NCBI GenBank assembly: GCA_965224085.1
Contig: CBDCYI010000004.1
Coordinates: 608,001 to 672,000, forward strand
DNA from: Candidatus Marinacidobacterales bacterium
GTDB lineage: Bacteria > Acidobacteriota > Vicinamibacteria > Marinacidobacterales > SMYC01
Reading direction: 5' to 3'
DNA: 64,000 nucleotides
The translations under genes and the position numbers were made by a program. Below the pieces are notes generated by a model. That model was given only the letters and a program-made list of their open reading frames with translations. It ran no database searches and was not told the origin of the DNA. Positions 1 to 10,635 of this stretch are shown piece after piece. Every line of letters begins with the position of its first letter. Positions within the stretch are counted from its first letter, which is position 1.

Positions 1-48
1 AAGTAGAGAGCCGGCGAGCATCCATCCCATCATCGTTGCTCGAAGCAC
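1..48 (-). CDS. 5' end of a gene running off the window edge (signal-peptide-like start)
   Basis: GGAGG RBS then GTG on the minus strand, reading MLRATMMGWMLAGSLL to the window edge. Confidence 0.45.
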   Translation of the reverse strand, partial: MLRATMMGWMLAGSLL

Positions 49-184
49 GATAGAACCTCCTTGTGTATCCCGCACACTTCATGAGCTTCGATCGCAATCA
101 AAGCAGGTTCTGTGCCAGGGATCACGCGTAGATCGCAACGACCACGACCTCCGATGGGGACAGTCGTGTCCTCTCCGGCGGGTG

Positions 185-1909
185 CTACTCCGTCGGTCCG
201 CGATAGCCCGGACCGCGCAGCACCCTTCCCGGCCGCTCGTCGGTGATCTTTCCTTCCGAGACAACCGCGCGTCCGTTGACGAAGACGTATCTCACCCCGA
301 CGGAATAATGCGTCGGGTCCTCGAAGGTCGCCACATCGCGAACGGTTGCCGGATCGAAGACGGTCATGTCGGCGGCCATCCCCGCGCGCAAGATACCGCG
401 GTCCATGAGCTTCACGCGAGCCGCGGGGCGCGACGTCATTTTGCGGATGGCTTCTTCGAGAGTGAGAAGCCCCTCTTCCCTTACATACTTGCCGAGAATG
501 CGGGGAAAGGTTCCCCAGGCACGCGGGTGGGATTTCGTCTCGGAGAGCGGTCCATCTTCCGCCCGTGCCGAGGAATCCGTATCGACAGACACGAGCGGGT
601 GTTTGAGCGCGGTCCGAACATCGGCTTCATTCATGATGGAGATGATGCAGGAGCTCTCTCCGCCATCAGCAATCACCAGGTCCATGAGCGCATCGCGCGG
701 GTCCTTTCCCATCTCGGTTCCGATCTGCGCCATCGTCTTGTCTTCATACTTCCGCAATTCCGGGTCCAACACCGAGCTCACCATGACCCCCTCGGCGCCG
801 CCCGAACCGTACCACTGGTTCTCCCATTCGGTGACGTCGTCCGCCGCCATGTCGGTCTTGATCCGTTCGCGGATCGAAGCATCGTTCAAACGCGAAAGCA
901 TCTCCTCGGTGCTACCCTCTCGGACCCAGACCGGAAGACAGGCATCGAGGCCGTTCGAAGCACGGATATAGGGATACTGGTTCGCGCTCACATCGAGGCC
1001 TCTTGCCCGCGCCGCCTCGAAACGCTCTAGCACTTCTCCCATCTTCCCCCAATTGGCTTTGTAGGCAGTCTTCAGATGCCAGACTTCGGCCGGGATGGCC
1101 GCTCGCTCGGCGATCTCGAACACCTCGTCGAGGGACTCGAAGATGAGGTTGCCTTCGGAGCGCTGATGGGTAATGTAGATGCCGCCATACTCGGCGGCCA
1201 CCGAGGCCATCGCCACCAGTTCGTCGGTGGAGTTGAATCGATCGGGCACGTATTGAAGCGAGGCGCTCAGCCCGAGCGCTCCCGCCTCCATGGCGCGAGC
1301 CACCATTCGCTTCATCTCGTCGAGCTCTTCGGGGCTTGCCCGTCGGTCCTCGCGGCCGATGACGAAGTCACGAATCCCGCCCGAACCTATGAACGTTGCA
1401 ATGTTGATGGCCGGCGGAGATTTTTTGAGGCGGCCAAAGTATTCTTCGAGCGTCCGAAAATCCTGCGCTACGCCATAGTGAGCGTAGCTTGGCTCGCTCG
1501 CTTCCATCATGCGATCGTTGACCGGAGCGATCGAGGCACCCTCACCGGTGACTTCCGTCGTGATGCCCTGGGTGATCTTGCTCGCCGCCCGGGAATCGAC
1601 GAGAACGTTGAACTCGGACTGGCCGAGCATATCGATGAAGCCTGGTGCTATGACGAGCCCGGCAGCGTCGATACGAGACTCGGCTTCTGCTTCGCTCAGA
1701 TCGCCAATGGCTTCGATGCGGTCCCCCATGACGCCCACGTCGGCTCGAAACCAGGGAGCCCCCGTGCCATCAACGACGCGGCCGCCGACCAGGATGACGT
1801 CGTAGGAAAGCTCGGGCTTTGGCCCATTGCCCGAGCAAGCGATGGAGCTCGTCGTCATAGCTGCGACAGCGGTGGTCGCACCGAGTATGAAGGAAGAGCG
1901 GATCGTCAT
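185..1909 (-). CDS. N-acyl-D-amino-acid deacylase (D-aminoacylase, amidohydrolase superfamily), probably exported
   Basis: GGRVVDGTGAP, APGFIDM, HxRSE, HLK, HPRAWGTFPR and GMAADMTVFDP motifs; hydrophobic N-terminus with IAC lipobox-like site. Confidence 0.9.
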   Translation of the reverse strand: MTIRSSFILGATTAVAAMTTSSIACSGNGPKPELSYDVILVGGRVVDGTGAPWFRADVGVMGDRIEAIGDLSEAEAESRIDAAGLVIAPGFIDMLGQSEFNVLVDSRAASKITQGITTEVTGEGASIAPVNDRMMEASEPSYAHYGVAQDFRTLEEYFGRLKKSPPAINIATFIGSGGIRDFVIGREDRRASPEELDEMKRMVARAMEAGALGLSASLQYVPDRFNSTDELVAMASVAAEYGGIYITHQRSEGNLIFESLDEVFEIAERAAIPAEVWHLKTAYKANWGKMGEVLERFEAARARGLDVSANQYPYIRASNGLDACLPVWVREGSTEEMLSRLNDASIRERIKTDMAADDVTEWENQWYGSGGAEGVMVSSVLDPELRKYEDKTMAQIGTEMGKDPRDALMDLVIADGGESSCIISIMNEADVRTALKHPLVSVDTDSSARAEDGPLSETKSHPRAWGTFPRILGKYVREEGLLTLEEAIRKMTSRPAARVKLMDRGILRAGMAADMTVFDPATVRDVATFEDPTHYSVGVRYVFVNGRAVVSEGKITDERPGRVLRGPGYRGPTE

Positions 1910-1981
1910 GGGAGCCTCCCGGGAATGAGCGTGCGACGCTCATCGACGTGAAAAACTATACCACCGCGCGCTCGTCAAGAC

Positions 1982-3256
1982 TCACGTAAGAGCGCGCTCT
2001 AGATCCACGCGCATCTGCGTCGACGGCTCCGCGAAATCGAGCTCGAGGTAGAACTCGACGCGATCGATGAGCTCACCCAACAAGACGAAGGCGATGGCGA
2101 GCGGGTAATGTGTGTAGGCCACGACCGGGAGGACAAAGCCGAAGGCTATCCTCGAAAAGAAAAGCGTCTTGCTTTCGAGAGGGTAGCGGTGGTGTCGTCG
2201 AAAATACAGGAATAACTTCAAAAGCCAGACGGGCGCAGCGAGCCAGAGCCAGTGCGCGAAAACGCCCGTCAGGAATAGACCCGTGAGAAGTACGCCAGCG
2301 CTATGAAGCTCCCCGCGCCGCCGGTTCGACGAGAGTCGATAGACCTCGTCCATCGCGAAAAGCGTCGCGAATCCGACTGCCGCCGTGAGCGGACGCGCGC
2401 TCGCCAGGAGCGAAAGGCCGATAAAGGCCGGGAACAACAAAATTTCTCGGCTGAGCCACGAGCGCCTCCAGTTGAGGATCGCCCGGTAGGCTCGAGCCGG
2501 TTTTCCGAGGTGAGCGGCAGAGAGCCCCATGGCGATGAGACCCATGACGGGAACGAGCAGCGGCGGCGCCGCGGCTGACGCGACGAGCGCCACGAGGATC
2601 GGCACGATCGTTGTGAAGACGAGGAGCGACCATTCCGAGCGCAGGGAGATCCTGCGGGTGTGAGGGGCGCGCCCGCAATCGCAGGGACCTGCCCCGCGAA
2701 AGCGGGTGCCTGCCCCGCGAAAGCGGGCGTACGCAAGCGTCGCAACGGTTTGATATGGATCGCGGGCTCGATGTGATCGTGATAGAAACCGGGAACGGGC
2801 GCCGGCTCTTTTTGGGCCGCGAATTCTCCGAAACGAAGCGCGCCGGTCGGGCAGCTCGTCGTGCATGCTGGCGCGAGCTCGGCGGCGAGGCGATGCGAGC
2901 AGAAGGTGCACTTCTGCATGATTCCCTGGCTTCGGTTGAACTGGGGCGCATCATATGGGCAGGCCCACGAGCAGTATTTACACCCGATGCAGCGCTCGGG
3001 GTCGATGGTAACGGCACCGGTCACGGGATGCTTGTCGTAGGCGAGTGCGGGGCAGTTTTTCTCGCAGGGCGCGTCGAGGCAATGGTTGCAAGCAAGCGAA
3101 AGGTGGAACTGCGGAAGCTCGGGAACACGAGCCTCGTTGAACGTCCGCACGCGCCGCCAGCTCATGCCCTCTTCGAGCTCGTTCTCGATCTCGCAGGCGA
3201 TGGCGCAGGTTGCAACCCGTGCAGCGGTCGAGCGTGAGGTGAAAGGCTTTTGGCAA
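1982..3256 (-). CDS. 4Fe-4S ferredoxin (DmsB-like) apparently fused to a DmsC-like membrane anchor; split by frameshifts near 3215 and 2665
   Basis: CTGC..CAIACE, CNHCLDAPCEKNCP, CIGCKYCSWACP and KCTFC clusters; DmsC-type EWSLLVFTT...HLGKP.RAYRA..NWRRSWLSREI in another frame. Confidence 0.75.
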
Positions 3257-3262
3257 CGACGC

Positions 3263-5305
3263 CTACGCCTTCACTTTTCCGACATCCACGCGCGTTTCAT
3301 GAAAAGCGGCGCCGTAGCCCATGTCCGTCTCGAGCGCAGGCGACAAGAAATTGACTGTCCCTCCGTCCCGAATCCACCAGCCGTTATGGGCTGCGACCGA
3401 ACCTATCCGGATACCCGCATCCAGGTGCGCGGGCAGAACGATCTCGCCGCGGTCGTTGAAGACGCGTACCTGGTCCGAGGCCACGATACCTCGCTCGGCC
3501 GCGTCGGCAGGATGGAGGCTCAGGCGAGGCGGCGCCGCGTGGCGTCGGATCGACCGCAAGTTGTGAAATTGCGAATGGATCGCGTTTTTGGTGTTGGGCG
3601 TCATCATGTAAAGGGGGTAGCGCGTCTCGGACGACACCGCCGGCTCGCGGAATACAGGCAATAGGTCGACCTGCCACCGATTCTGGGCCTCGGTCGAGAG
3701 GAGCTCGATCCGGCCCGACGCGGTCGAGAAGCGCCTATCGGAAAAGGCGACCTCCTCGTGGTCGGGAGAGCGGATGGGGCCCTCCTTCAGTTTTTCGAGC
3801 GTCAGGTCGCGGAAGGGCGCGAGACGCTTGTCGAGGTAGGCCTCGATGTCCTCATCCGAAGGCCCCGGTAGTCGTTGTGCGATGGCCGCCTCCGGGAAGC
3901 CCAAACGCTCGGCGAGCAGACGATAAACTTCCGTTTCCGGCTTTACTTCTCCGGGCGGCTCGATCACTTTCTGTTTGATCTGAATGTAGTCGTGCCAATA
4001 GGCGTTGATGACATCGCTCTGTTCGAACATGGTTTTCGCGGGAAGCACGATGTCGGCTTCGCGCGCCGTGTCCGTCATGAACTGCTCGACGACCACCCGA
4101 AAATCGAGAGCGCGAAAAGCCTCGAGAACTTCGTGCGTGTTCGGATTCTGGGTGACCGGATTCCCACGCTCGACCCAGGCAACCTCGAGAGGAGGATCGC
4201 GCTGCGCGAGCATCTGCCGCCCGAGAAGCGCTGTCGAGACCGAGACGCGCACGACACCGTCCGGCTCAGACGGCGGGTAGAAGCCGACGGGGTCTTTGAC
4301 TGCGCCGAAGATATGGCTCGTCAAGTTGGCGAAAACCCACCCCGCGCCCGGTTTGCCGATATTTCCGGTGATGGCCAGAAGTGCGATGATGGCGCGCATC
4401 GTTTGGCCGCTATTCGCATAGCGCTGCATCCCGTAGCCGGCGTTGATGGTAACCGGAGACTGAGCGCCGATGAGATCCGCGAGCCGCTCGACATCCTCTC
4501 GAGACACGCCCGTGATCGCGGCCACGCGCTCCGGCGGGTAATCCTCGATCATTTCGCGATAGGCGTCGAATCCCAGCACGTGACTCGCAATGAAAGCGTC
4601 ATCGATATGTCCCTTCCGGACGAGGAGATGGGCGAGCCCGAGCGCCAGTGCACCGTCCGTCCCCGGGCGTGGCTGGATGAGCAAATCGGCGCGCTCGGCG
4701 GTATCGGTGCGACGAGGGTCGATGACCACCAAGCTACCCCCTGCGTCGAGTGCGTCGTTGATGAAGACGGTTTGATGGATATTGGTCTCCGCCGGATTCT
4801 TCCCCCACATCACGATGAGCTTGGCGCGCGCGAGGTCCGTTGGATCCGAGTGCTTGTTCTCTCCCAATGTGAGCCGCGTCGCTTCGAGGCCCGCGGGCCA
4901 GCAGAGATCGCCATACGTTGTCGTATAGCCGCCGAAGAGCCGCCAGAAATCGTGCGACACCTGGTTGAGAAGCCCCTTCGTGCCGCTCGCCGCGTAGAAG
5001 AAGACACTCTGAGGGCCTAACGCGTCGCGGGCCCGTTCGAGCTTCCAAGCGATGGTGTCGAGGGCCTCGTCCCAGCTGATGCGCGCGTGCCCGGACGTGC
5101 CGGGCCGGCGCCGCAGCGGATGGAGCAGCCGGTCGGGTGCGTTCGCCCGATCGACATAGCTCAAGCCTTTGAGGCACACACCTTCGGGCGTGGCGAGATT
5201 GCCGGTATGAGGCTCGAGGCGAACGACGCGGCCGTGCTCGACGTGAACCCGAGCCGTGCAAGTGCTGTAGCAATTGCGCGGACAGGCCGTGGTGAAGACA
5301 GGCAT
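3263..5305 (-). CDS. Molybdopterin-dependent oxidoreductase catalytic subunit (no Tat signal)
   Basis: CPRNCYSTC...C Fe-S motif, WGKNP, VIDPRRT, ADIVLPA, C-terminal molybdopterin dinucleotide-binding domain. Confidence 0.9.
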   Translation of the reverse strand: MPVFTTACPRNCYSTCTARVHVEHGRVVRLEPHTGNLATPEGVCLKGLSYVDRANAPDRLLHPLRRRPGTSGHARISWDEALDTIAWKLERARDALGPQSVFFYAASGTKGLLNQVSHDFWRLFGGYTTTYGDLCWPAGLEATRLTLGENKHSDPTDLARAKLIVMWGKNPAETNIHQTVFINDALDAGGSLVVIDPRRTDTAERADLLIQPRPGTDGALALGLAHLLVRKGHIDDAFIASHVLGFDAYREMIEDYPPERVAAITGVSREDVERLADLIGAQSPVTINAGYGMQRYANSGQTMRAIIALLAITGNIGKPGAGWVFANLTSHIFGAVKDPVGFYPPSEPDGVVRVSVSTALLGRQMLAQRDPPLEVAWVERGNPVTQNPNTHEVLEAFRALDFRVVVEQFMTDTAREADIVLPAKTMFEQSDVINAYWHDYIQIKQKVIEPPGEVKPETEVYRLLAERLGFPEAAIAQRLPGPSDEDIEAYLDKRLAPFRDLTLEKLKEGPIRSPDHEEVAFSDRRFSTASGRIELLSTEAQNRWQVDLLPVFREPAVSSETRYPLYMMTPNTKNAIHSQFHNLRSIRRHAAPPRLSLHPADAAERGIVASDQVRVFNDRGEIVLPAHLDAGIRIGSVAAHNGWWIRDGGTVNFLSPALETDMGYGAAFHETRVDVGKVKA

Positions 5306-5604
5306 CGTGCGCGATAGTAGCTGAAGCCCTCCGCGGTTCCAAGAGCAAGCAGGCGGCCCCGCGATTGGGTGCTGGCCAACACTTGCTGCGAATCATGTCG
5401 TTCGTGTTTGTTCTCCAGGAGGTCGTCGAGAATTAAGGAGTTTCTCGATCGGCTGGAAGGCGGAGGTCACTTCGAGCTTCCGACACGCCCACGTCCGCCG
5501 TTCCAAAGAGCCACGACGCCATCGATTTGCTGTGTGAGGGCCATTCCGATTACATTGACTCTTTGGTCCCGGTCAGGATCGTTCTTCGAAAGGAGGCAGA
5601 AACC

Positions 5605-6273
5605 TTGCGTAAACTCTTCGCTTCTATGATTTTGTTCGTTTTTTGCGCGGCCGCCGCGTCTGGGGCCGAATCGATGCGTGTCGGGATCGTTGTCTTCGAT
5701 GGATTCTTGACGAGCGAAGTGACGGCGCCGGTAGAAGTTTTCGCCAAAGCGAGCGCTAAAGGCGATATCCGATTCGACGTGGTGACCATCGCTTCTCGCG
5801 AGAAGATCGTCGCGAGCGAAGAGGGGCTTCGCCTCATGCCGGATCATGATTTTTCGAGCGCGCCCGAGCTCGACATCTTGATCGTGCCGAGCTCTCTCGA
5901 CGTCGACGGCGTTTTGGCGAATGCGCCTCTCGTGGCATTTGTCCGGGATCGTGGAAGCCGCGCTCGCTGGCTCGCCAGCAACTGCGCCGGCGCATTCCTT
6001 CTCGGCCAAGCGGGCCTTCTAAAAGACCGCACGGTAACCACCTATGTCGGGGGCTGGGATGACCTGCGCGAGCGATTCCCCGAGGCCAACGTCGTCGAAG
6101 AGCACGTCGTCGTCGAAGGGAATCTGGTCAGCTCCATCGGAGGCGTCACGAGCTACGATGCCGGCCTCACCTTACTTGGCGAAATCACGAACCGGAAGCT
6201 CACCGACACCGTCGCCGAAGCACTCTATTATTTTCCCTGGCTTCACCGGAAGACGAGCCAGAACAGCGAGTAG
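5605..6273 (+). CDS. DJ-1/PfpI family protein with signal peptide
   Basis: AGGAGG RBS before TTG at 5605; SNCAGAFLLG nucleophile elbow; D-ILIVP motif. Confidence 0.85.
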   Translation: MRKLFASMILFVFCAAAASGAESMRVGIVVFDGFLTSEVTAPVEVFAKASAKGDIRFDVVTIASREKIVASEEGLRLMPDHDFSSAPELDILIVPSSLDVDGVLANAPLVAFVRDRGSRARWLASNCAGAFLLGQAGLLKDRTVTTYVGGWDDLRERFPEANVVEEHVVVEGNLVSSIGGVTSYDAGLTLLGEITNRKLTDTVAEALYYFPWLHRKTSQNSE

Positions 6274-6463
6274 GCTGAATCGAGGTGCGGCGCTTGGCGC
6301 ACCAAGAAAGCGTCATTTCACGCTACGCAACCGGCCAAGGATCTCCGCAGCCCGCGCTCGAGGAGCGGCCGAGCCTTGAGCACTCTAGAGATGGCGAGTT
6401 TCCGGTGGCACGTCGCTTGCTAGCCAACTACAATGGGGGTTCTCTCTATCAAAGGAGGTAGTA

Positions 6464-6781
6464 ATGGCGAACGATAACAACGGTGCCAATTTTCTAGTGG
6501 GGTTTTTCGTCGGCGCTGCCATGGGCGTCATGGGGGCACTTCTTCTGGCCCCGAAGTCGGGCCGCGAGCTTCGCGACGAGCTTGTGGATGAGGGCCGCAA
6601 ATTGCGGGACCGGGCCACGGATGAAAGTCGGCGCGTTCGCGAGCGTTCCAGCGAAGTTGCCGGCGATCTGCGCGATCGGGGTGAGGCAGCTTACGAAAAA
6701 GGCCGCGAAGGTCTGAGCGAGACCAAGGACGCGGCAAGGAAAACAGTGCAAGGGGTCAAGGAAGTACTGACGCGAAGCTGA
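6464..6781 (+). CDS. YtxH domain general stress protein
   Basis: FLVGFFVGAAMG..ALLLAPKSGRELR motif; strong AAGGAGG RBS. Confidence 0.85.
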   Translation: MANDNNGANFLVGFFVGAAMGVMGALLLAPKSGRELRDELVDEGRKLRDRATDESRRVRERSSEVAGDLRDRGEAAYEKGREGLSETKDAARKTVQGVKEVLTRS

Positions 6782-7167
6782 TGGCGACGGTACCCCACGA
6801 AGAGTCGCATCACGAAAGCTACGTCGCGAGCGAAGAGGGGTCTTCGAAAGAACGCCCGTCGACGCTCAGCCTCTTCCGCAACGTGGTCCTGGACCTGACG
6901 CAAGTCGTCGAGGACAGCATGGAGCTCGTTGGTGCGTCCGTGCGCGAAGAGCTCGCCGAGTTTCGCGTTGAAATGGCGCGCCAGCTCCTGTGGCTCGTCG
7001 CCGTCGTTATCGGGGGCGTGCTCGCGACGGCCGGCCTCGCCATGCTGGTACAACAGTGGATCGGATACTGGCCGGGCACGCTCCTGATCTTTGGCGGGGT
7101 CTATCTCTCCTTCGCCGCCGGTATTTACTGGGGTCGCTCGAAGTCGGAGCCGGGCGATTGGAAATGA
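6781..7167 (+). CDS. Phage-holin-like (two-TM) membrane protein
   Basis: Two hydrophobic segments after a charged N-terminus; translationally coupled to ytxH-like gene. Confidence 0.6.
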   Translation: MATVPHEESHHESYVASEEGSSKERPSTLSLFRNVVLDLTQVVEDSMELVGASVREELAEFRVEMARQLLWLVAVVIGGVLATAGLAMLVQQWIGYWPGTLLIFGGVYLSFAAGIYWGRSKSEPGDWK

Positions 7168-7493
7168 GACCCGACAAGCGCTCGACACGCCACATTAGAA
7201 AGTCGCTCCATGATACGCGCGAGCGGCTCGATCGAGATTTGGCAGCGCTCCAGGGCCGCGCCGAGGAAAGCGTGACGCCGAGCAACATTCTCGCGCGCCA
7301 TCCGGCCTTGATGACGGTCGCAGGCGCCGTCGTGGGGCTAGTGCTCGTCCGTAACCCCGCTATCGTCACGCGCACGTTGACGCGCGTCGCGCAAGCGAGC
7401 ACGCCGTTTCTCATGCGTGCGCTTTTTCAAGGAGTCAGTTCAATCCTCGGCAAAATATCTGCGGGAGCCGGCGCGCCGTCCGAACCCGGCTAG
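7164..7493 (+). CDS. DUF3618-like protein
   Basis: ATGA overlap; IRKSLHDTRERLDRDLAALQ followed by one TM segment. Confidence 0.55.
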   Translation: MRPDKRSTRHIRKSLHDTRERLDRDLAALQGRAEESVTPSNILARHPALMTVAGAVVGLVLVRNPAIVTRTLTRVAQASTPFLMRALFQGVSSILGKISAGAGAPSEPG

Positions 7494-7604
7494 GAGGAGC
7501 TCCGCGATAGCCGGGTTTCAGCGAGATCGTTCTCGACGAGCACTAGCGTCCCACCAGTCAGGATCGGGGATTCCATTCACGTTTTAGAGTAGGTTTACCT
7601 AGAG

Positions 7605-9803
7605 TTAGAGCTCGCGCGTTTCTTGAAGCAGCTCCATAGAGCGGATCTTCCACGTGTTCGCGGTAGGCACGATCGTGATCGTCGCGTCGTAGCGATTCTG
7701 TCGAAAGTGAAGGTGGCCGAAGTGGTTCACGGAGCCCCCCACGGTCCATACCGCGTCGATCGCGTAGCCGCCATTTTCCGCTTCTTTGACCGAGCGCACC
7801 TCCCGTACCACGACTTCGTCGATCCGTACGCGGGCGCCGCCGCTATTCTCGAGCTCGAGAGCGCGCCGGCTCTCGAGATACACAGCTAAAAGCTGCTCGC
7901 CGGTCACCGTCAACGCCAGGCGATTGTAGATCGCGTCCTCGTTGTGTATGTCGAAACAACGATACACGTTTGTGAGCAGGCGCTCGAGCACTTCGCTCGA
8001 GGCCTCGCGATCGATTCGAACCTCACCGATCCAAGGCACCGTGGCTTCGACGCGCGCGAAAGGATAGAGTCCATAGGCCACTACGAGACACAATGACGCC
8101 AAGGATCGCCCCCGACCGAGGGAAAGCGTCACGAGCGCCACGCCAGCGAGCAGAAGCGATACGAACGGCCATTCCGGACGCGTCGCGGCGATAGCTTCGA
8201 TCTCGGGAAGCTCGAAATCCCCGAGCCGGTTGCTCCACGCGTAGCTCGGCGCGTTTGGGCTCAGCTCGGACGCCTCGACGGCCAACGGATCGGTGACGGT
8301 GAGCGGCACCGCGGAACCGGCCGCCGAGAACAGACCCCACTCGAGCGAGACCGACTCCGCGATGGACTCGGTCTCGTAGACGAGAGTTACGCCAACGATC
8401 GCGGTCGGGAGCGGTTCGGGCACGGGAGTCCCCCGAGCGAGGGCTCCGTTCGGGCCGAGCACAACGAAGCCTCCAATTATCGACGCCACTCGCGCCCGAG
8501 CGCCATCGATGTGGATGGGACTGCGCTCGACAATGAGCCTGGCGAGCTCGTCGGTCAAAACGCTCTGGCGGTCAACCGGTATTTGGTCCTGCGCGTCCAC
8601 ATCGAAAGTTATCCACTCCAAGGCCGATTTCAAATCCACGAGCACTTCGTGTCGGACTTGGTACGGCTCGACGATGAGATAGCTCATAAAGGGCGACGTC
8701 AGCCGCCCCGACGCATCGGTCTGCCTCGGCGGTGCGGCGATGGTTCTGGGCGGGACAGGCTCCGATCTCGCGAGCTCGTCCATCTCCATGAAGCCCGCGT
8801 CAAAAGCGCTCGCCGGCGCCGCGGTCAGACCTTCCCGCATGATCGCGAAGAGCAAAAACATGGACGCCGTCCCGAGAAACGCCGAGACTCCCACGCGGTA
8901 AGACTCGAGGATCGATCGCCCGACGCGGAAAAGAACGAGCGCGACCGCCACCAAAAGTACGTTCCCGAGGTCGATCCCGCTATTGGTCAAGAAGAGGGCC
9001 GGCACCAAGCGCGACGAGGACAGCCCAGACTGGTTCAGACCGGTCGCTATTCCCAACCCGTGAAGGGCGCCGAGCAACATCGTGGCAGTAACGAGCGCCG
9101 GCATCGAAACGCTCTCTCGGACAAACACGGCGACGAGCAATGCCGCCGCACCTGCCACGAGCGCTTCGCCCGGAGCAAGGGGGAGCCCGCTGACACCGAC
9201 ATCGGACAGGACGAGCGCGACCGCATGCCCGGCAAGCCATCCACCGAGCGCCCCAAATAACGTACGCGCGGATCTCGACGCCACGAGCACGAGCGCAAGA
9301 GCGAAGACCCAGTGGTTGGATCCACCCCACGCGTGCCTCCACCCGGAGAGCCCGTGCTCGGCCGCGAGCTCGGTGAGGCTCTCGTCGCGCTCCAGGATCC
9401 GATCCAGCCGGATCACGACACCTATATGTTCGCGGCCGAAAAGGGTTCTTTTGACTTGGCCATCGGACCACGTGGCCGTCATCTGGATACCATCGACCGA
9501 CCATGGCAGAACGAGAACGTCATCGGGTCGAAGCGGCGCGTCGCCGCAATCGATGGCAAAGCTCAATTGAACGCCTCTGTCGTTCGCAACCCTCGAGGCG
9601 TCAGAAACGGAGCAGCGATCGGGAGCCATCAGAGGCCGCGCACCCGGTACCAGAACGGGCGCCATTTGCGCTTCGAGCACATACTTCCCTGCCGACTCCT
9701 CACGAAGCGCGACCGCCGGGACGGCCATCGAGTCCGCCCGAACGCTCTTGGTCGCGAGCACGGCGAGCACGAGTGTGCTTGCTAGCCTCGGCTCACTCCG
9801 CAT
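7605..9803 (-). CDS. HupE/UreJ-family membrane protein fused to a large uncharacterised C-terminal domain
   Basis: G..H...G.NH..F, GHAVAL, GALHGLG.A and FN.GIDLG-like motifs; C-terminal GSVNHFGHLHFRQNRY. Confidence 0.7.
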   Translation of the reverse strand: MRSEPRLASTLVLAVLATKSVRADSMAVPAVALREESAGKYVLEAQMAPVLVPGARPLMAPDRCSVSDASRVANDRGVQLSFAIDCGDAPLRPDDVLVLPWSVDGIQMTATWSDGQVKRTLFGREHIGVVIRLDRILERDESLTELAAEHGLSGWRHAWGGSNHWVFALALVLVASRSARTLFGALGGWLAGHAVALVLSDVGVSGLPLAPGEALVAGAAALLVAVFVRESVSMPALVTATMLLGALHGLGIATGLNQSGLSSSRLVPALFLTNSGIDLGNVLLVAVALVLFRVGRSILESYRVGVSAFLGTASMFLLFAIMREGLTAAPASAFDAGFMEMDELARSEPVPPRTIAAPPRQTDASGRLTSPFMSYLIVEPYQVRHEVLVDLKSALEWITFDVDAQDQIPVDRQSVLTDELARLIVERSPIHIDGARARVASIIGGFVVLGPNGALARGTPVPEPLPTAIVGVTLVYETESIAESVSLEWGLFSAAGSAVPLTVTDPLAVEASELSPNAPSYAWSNRLGDFELPEIEAIAATRPEWPFVSLLLAGVALVTLSLGRGRSLASLCLVVAYGLYPFARVEATVPWIGEVRIDREASSEVLERLLTNVYRCFDIHNEDAIYNRLALTVTGEQLLAVYLESRRALELENSGGARVRIDEVVVREVRSVKEAENGGYAIDAVWTVGGSVNHFGHLHFRQNRYDATITIVPTANTWKIRSMELLQETREL

Positions 9804-10635
9804 CTTCCATCTCAGGCATCTCAGGCATCTCCACACGGTAGCGTTTGCCGATGCGCGCGATCTCCTGGGTCACGACGCGCTCAGCGTCGAACAATGCGTA
9901 ATCCTCACGAACATATTCCGCGGCGTCGTCGTAGCTCCGTTCCTGGGTTTCTGACCGGGCCACAATCCGGATGAAATGCGTTCCCGCGGTCGACGAAAGC
10001 GGCCCATGCCAGTCCCCCTTCGGGAGGGCGAACACCGCGTTCGTAAAATCGAGCCCATAGGCCCTAGCCATCTGGGCGCGGGTCACACCCGTAACGCTCG
10101 CGTTCAGTCTTCCGCCGTCGCCCATCATCTTGAAGTCCGCCCCCTCAAAAAGCTCCTCGAGCACCGCGTCGGGAGAAAGCCGCTCGTTGCCCGAGAGAAA
10201 CAGGACTTGCTCCACGTCGATGCGTTCTGGAATCCGGTATCTCTCCCAATGCTCGTCGTAATAGGCGCGCAGCATCTCCTCCGTCGGTTCGGAGGGCTCG
10301 TAACTCGCCGCGCGAAGAAGCTCGCGCCGCGCATGCTCGACGAGCATCGGCCGGACACGTCGGTCGCCACGATCGAGCCCCTTCCGGAAGGCTTCTCTCA
10401 CGAGGATTTCCTCATCCACGAAGTCGGCGACCGCCAAGTCTATTTCCCCGGGCGTCAAAGGCCGGCCGACAAGCTCCTCTGCAGCCTCAGCGATATCACC
10501 GGTCATCCGCACCGTGACTTCTATCTCGCGACCGCCGTCGAGTGCCCAGCGATGATAGACGCCGTAGCAGATGGCAGCGACGGCCAAGAGCTTGACGCCC
10601 ATGTGGCAGGCGTCACAGAGCGCCAGCCGGTCCAT
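9793..10635 (-). CDS. PpiC/rotamase-2 type peptidyl-prolyl isomerase-like protein
   Basis: EEILVREA..GLDRGD, WHGPLSST.GTHFI. Confidence 0.75.
   Translation of the reverse strand: MDRLALCDACHMGVKLLAVAAICYGVYHRWALDGGREIEVTVRMTGDIAEAAEELVGRPLTPGEIDLAVADFVDEEILVREAFRKGLDRGDRRVRPMLVEHARRELLRAASYEPSEPTEEMLRAYYDEHWERYRIPERIDVEQVLFLSGNERLSPDAVLEELFEGADFKMMGDGGRLNASVTGVTRAQMARAYGLDFTNAVFALPKGDWHGPLSSTAGTHFIRIVARSETQERSYDDAAEYVREDYALFDAERVVTQEIARIGKRYRVEMPEMPEMEDAE

Noticed and set aside
6781-7167. Holin-like gene as a prophage sign
   Set aside because: Sits in a YtxH/DUF3618-type stress cluster with no phage genes around.
7581-7612. GTTTTAGAG resembling a type II CRISPR repeat start
   Set aside because: Single 9-bp match, no repeat-spacer periodicity and no cas genes nearby.
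9805-9832. CATCTCAGG tandem repeat
   Set aside because: Short in-frame coding duplication (EMPEMPEM) at a PPIase C-terminus; no evidence of phase variation.
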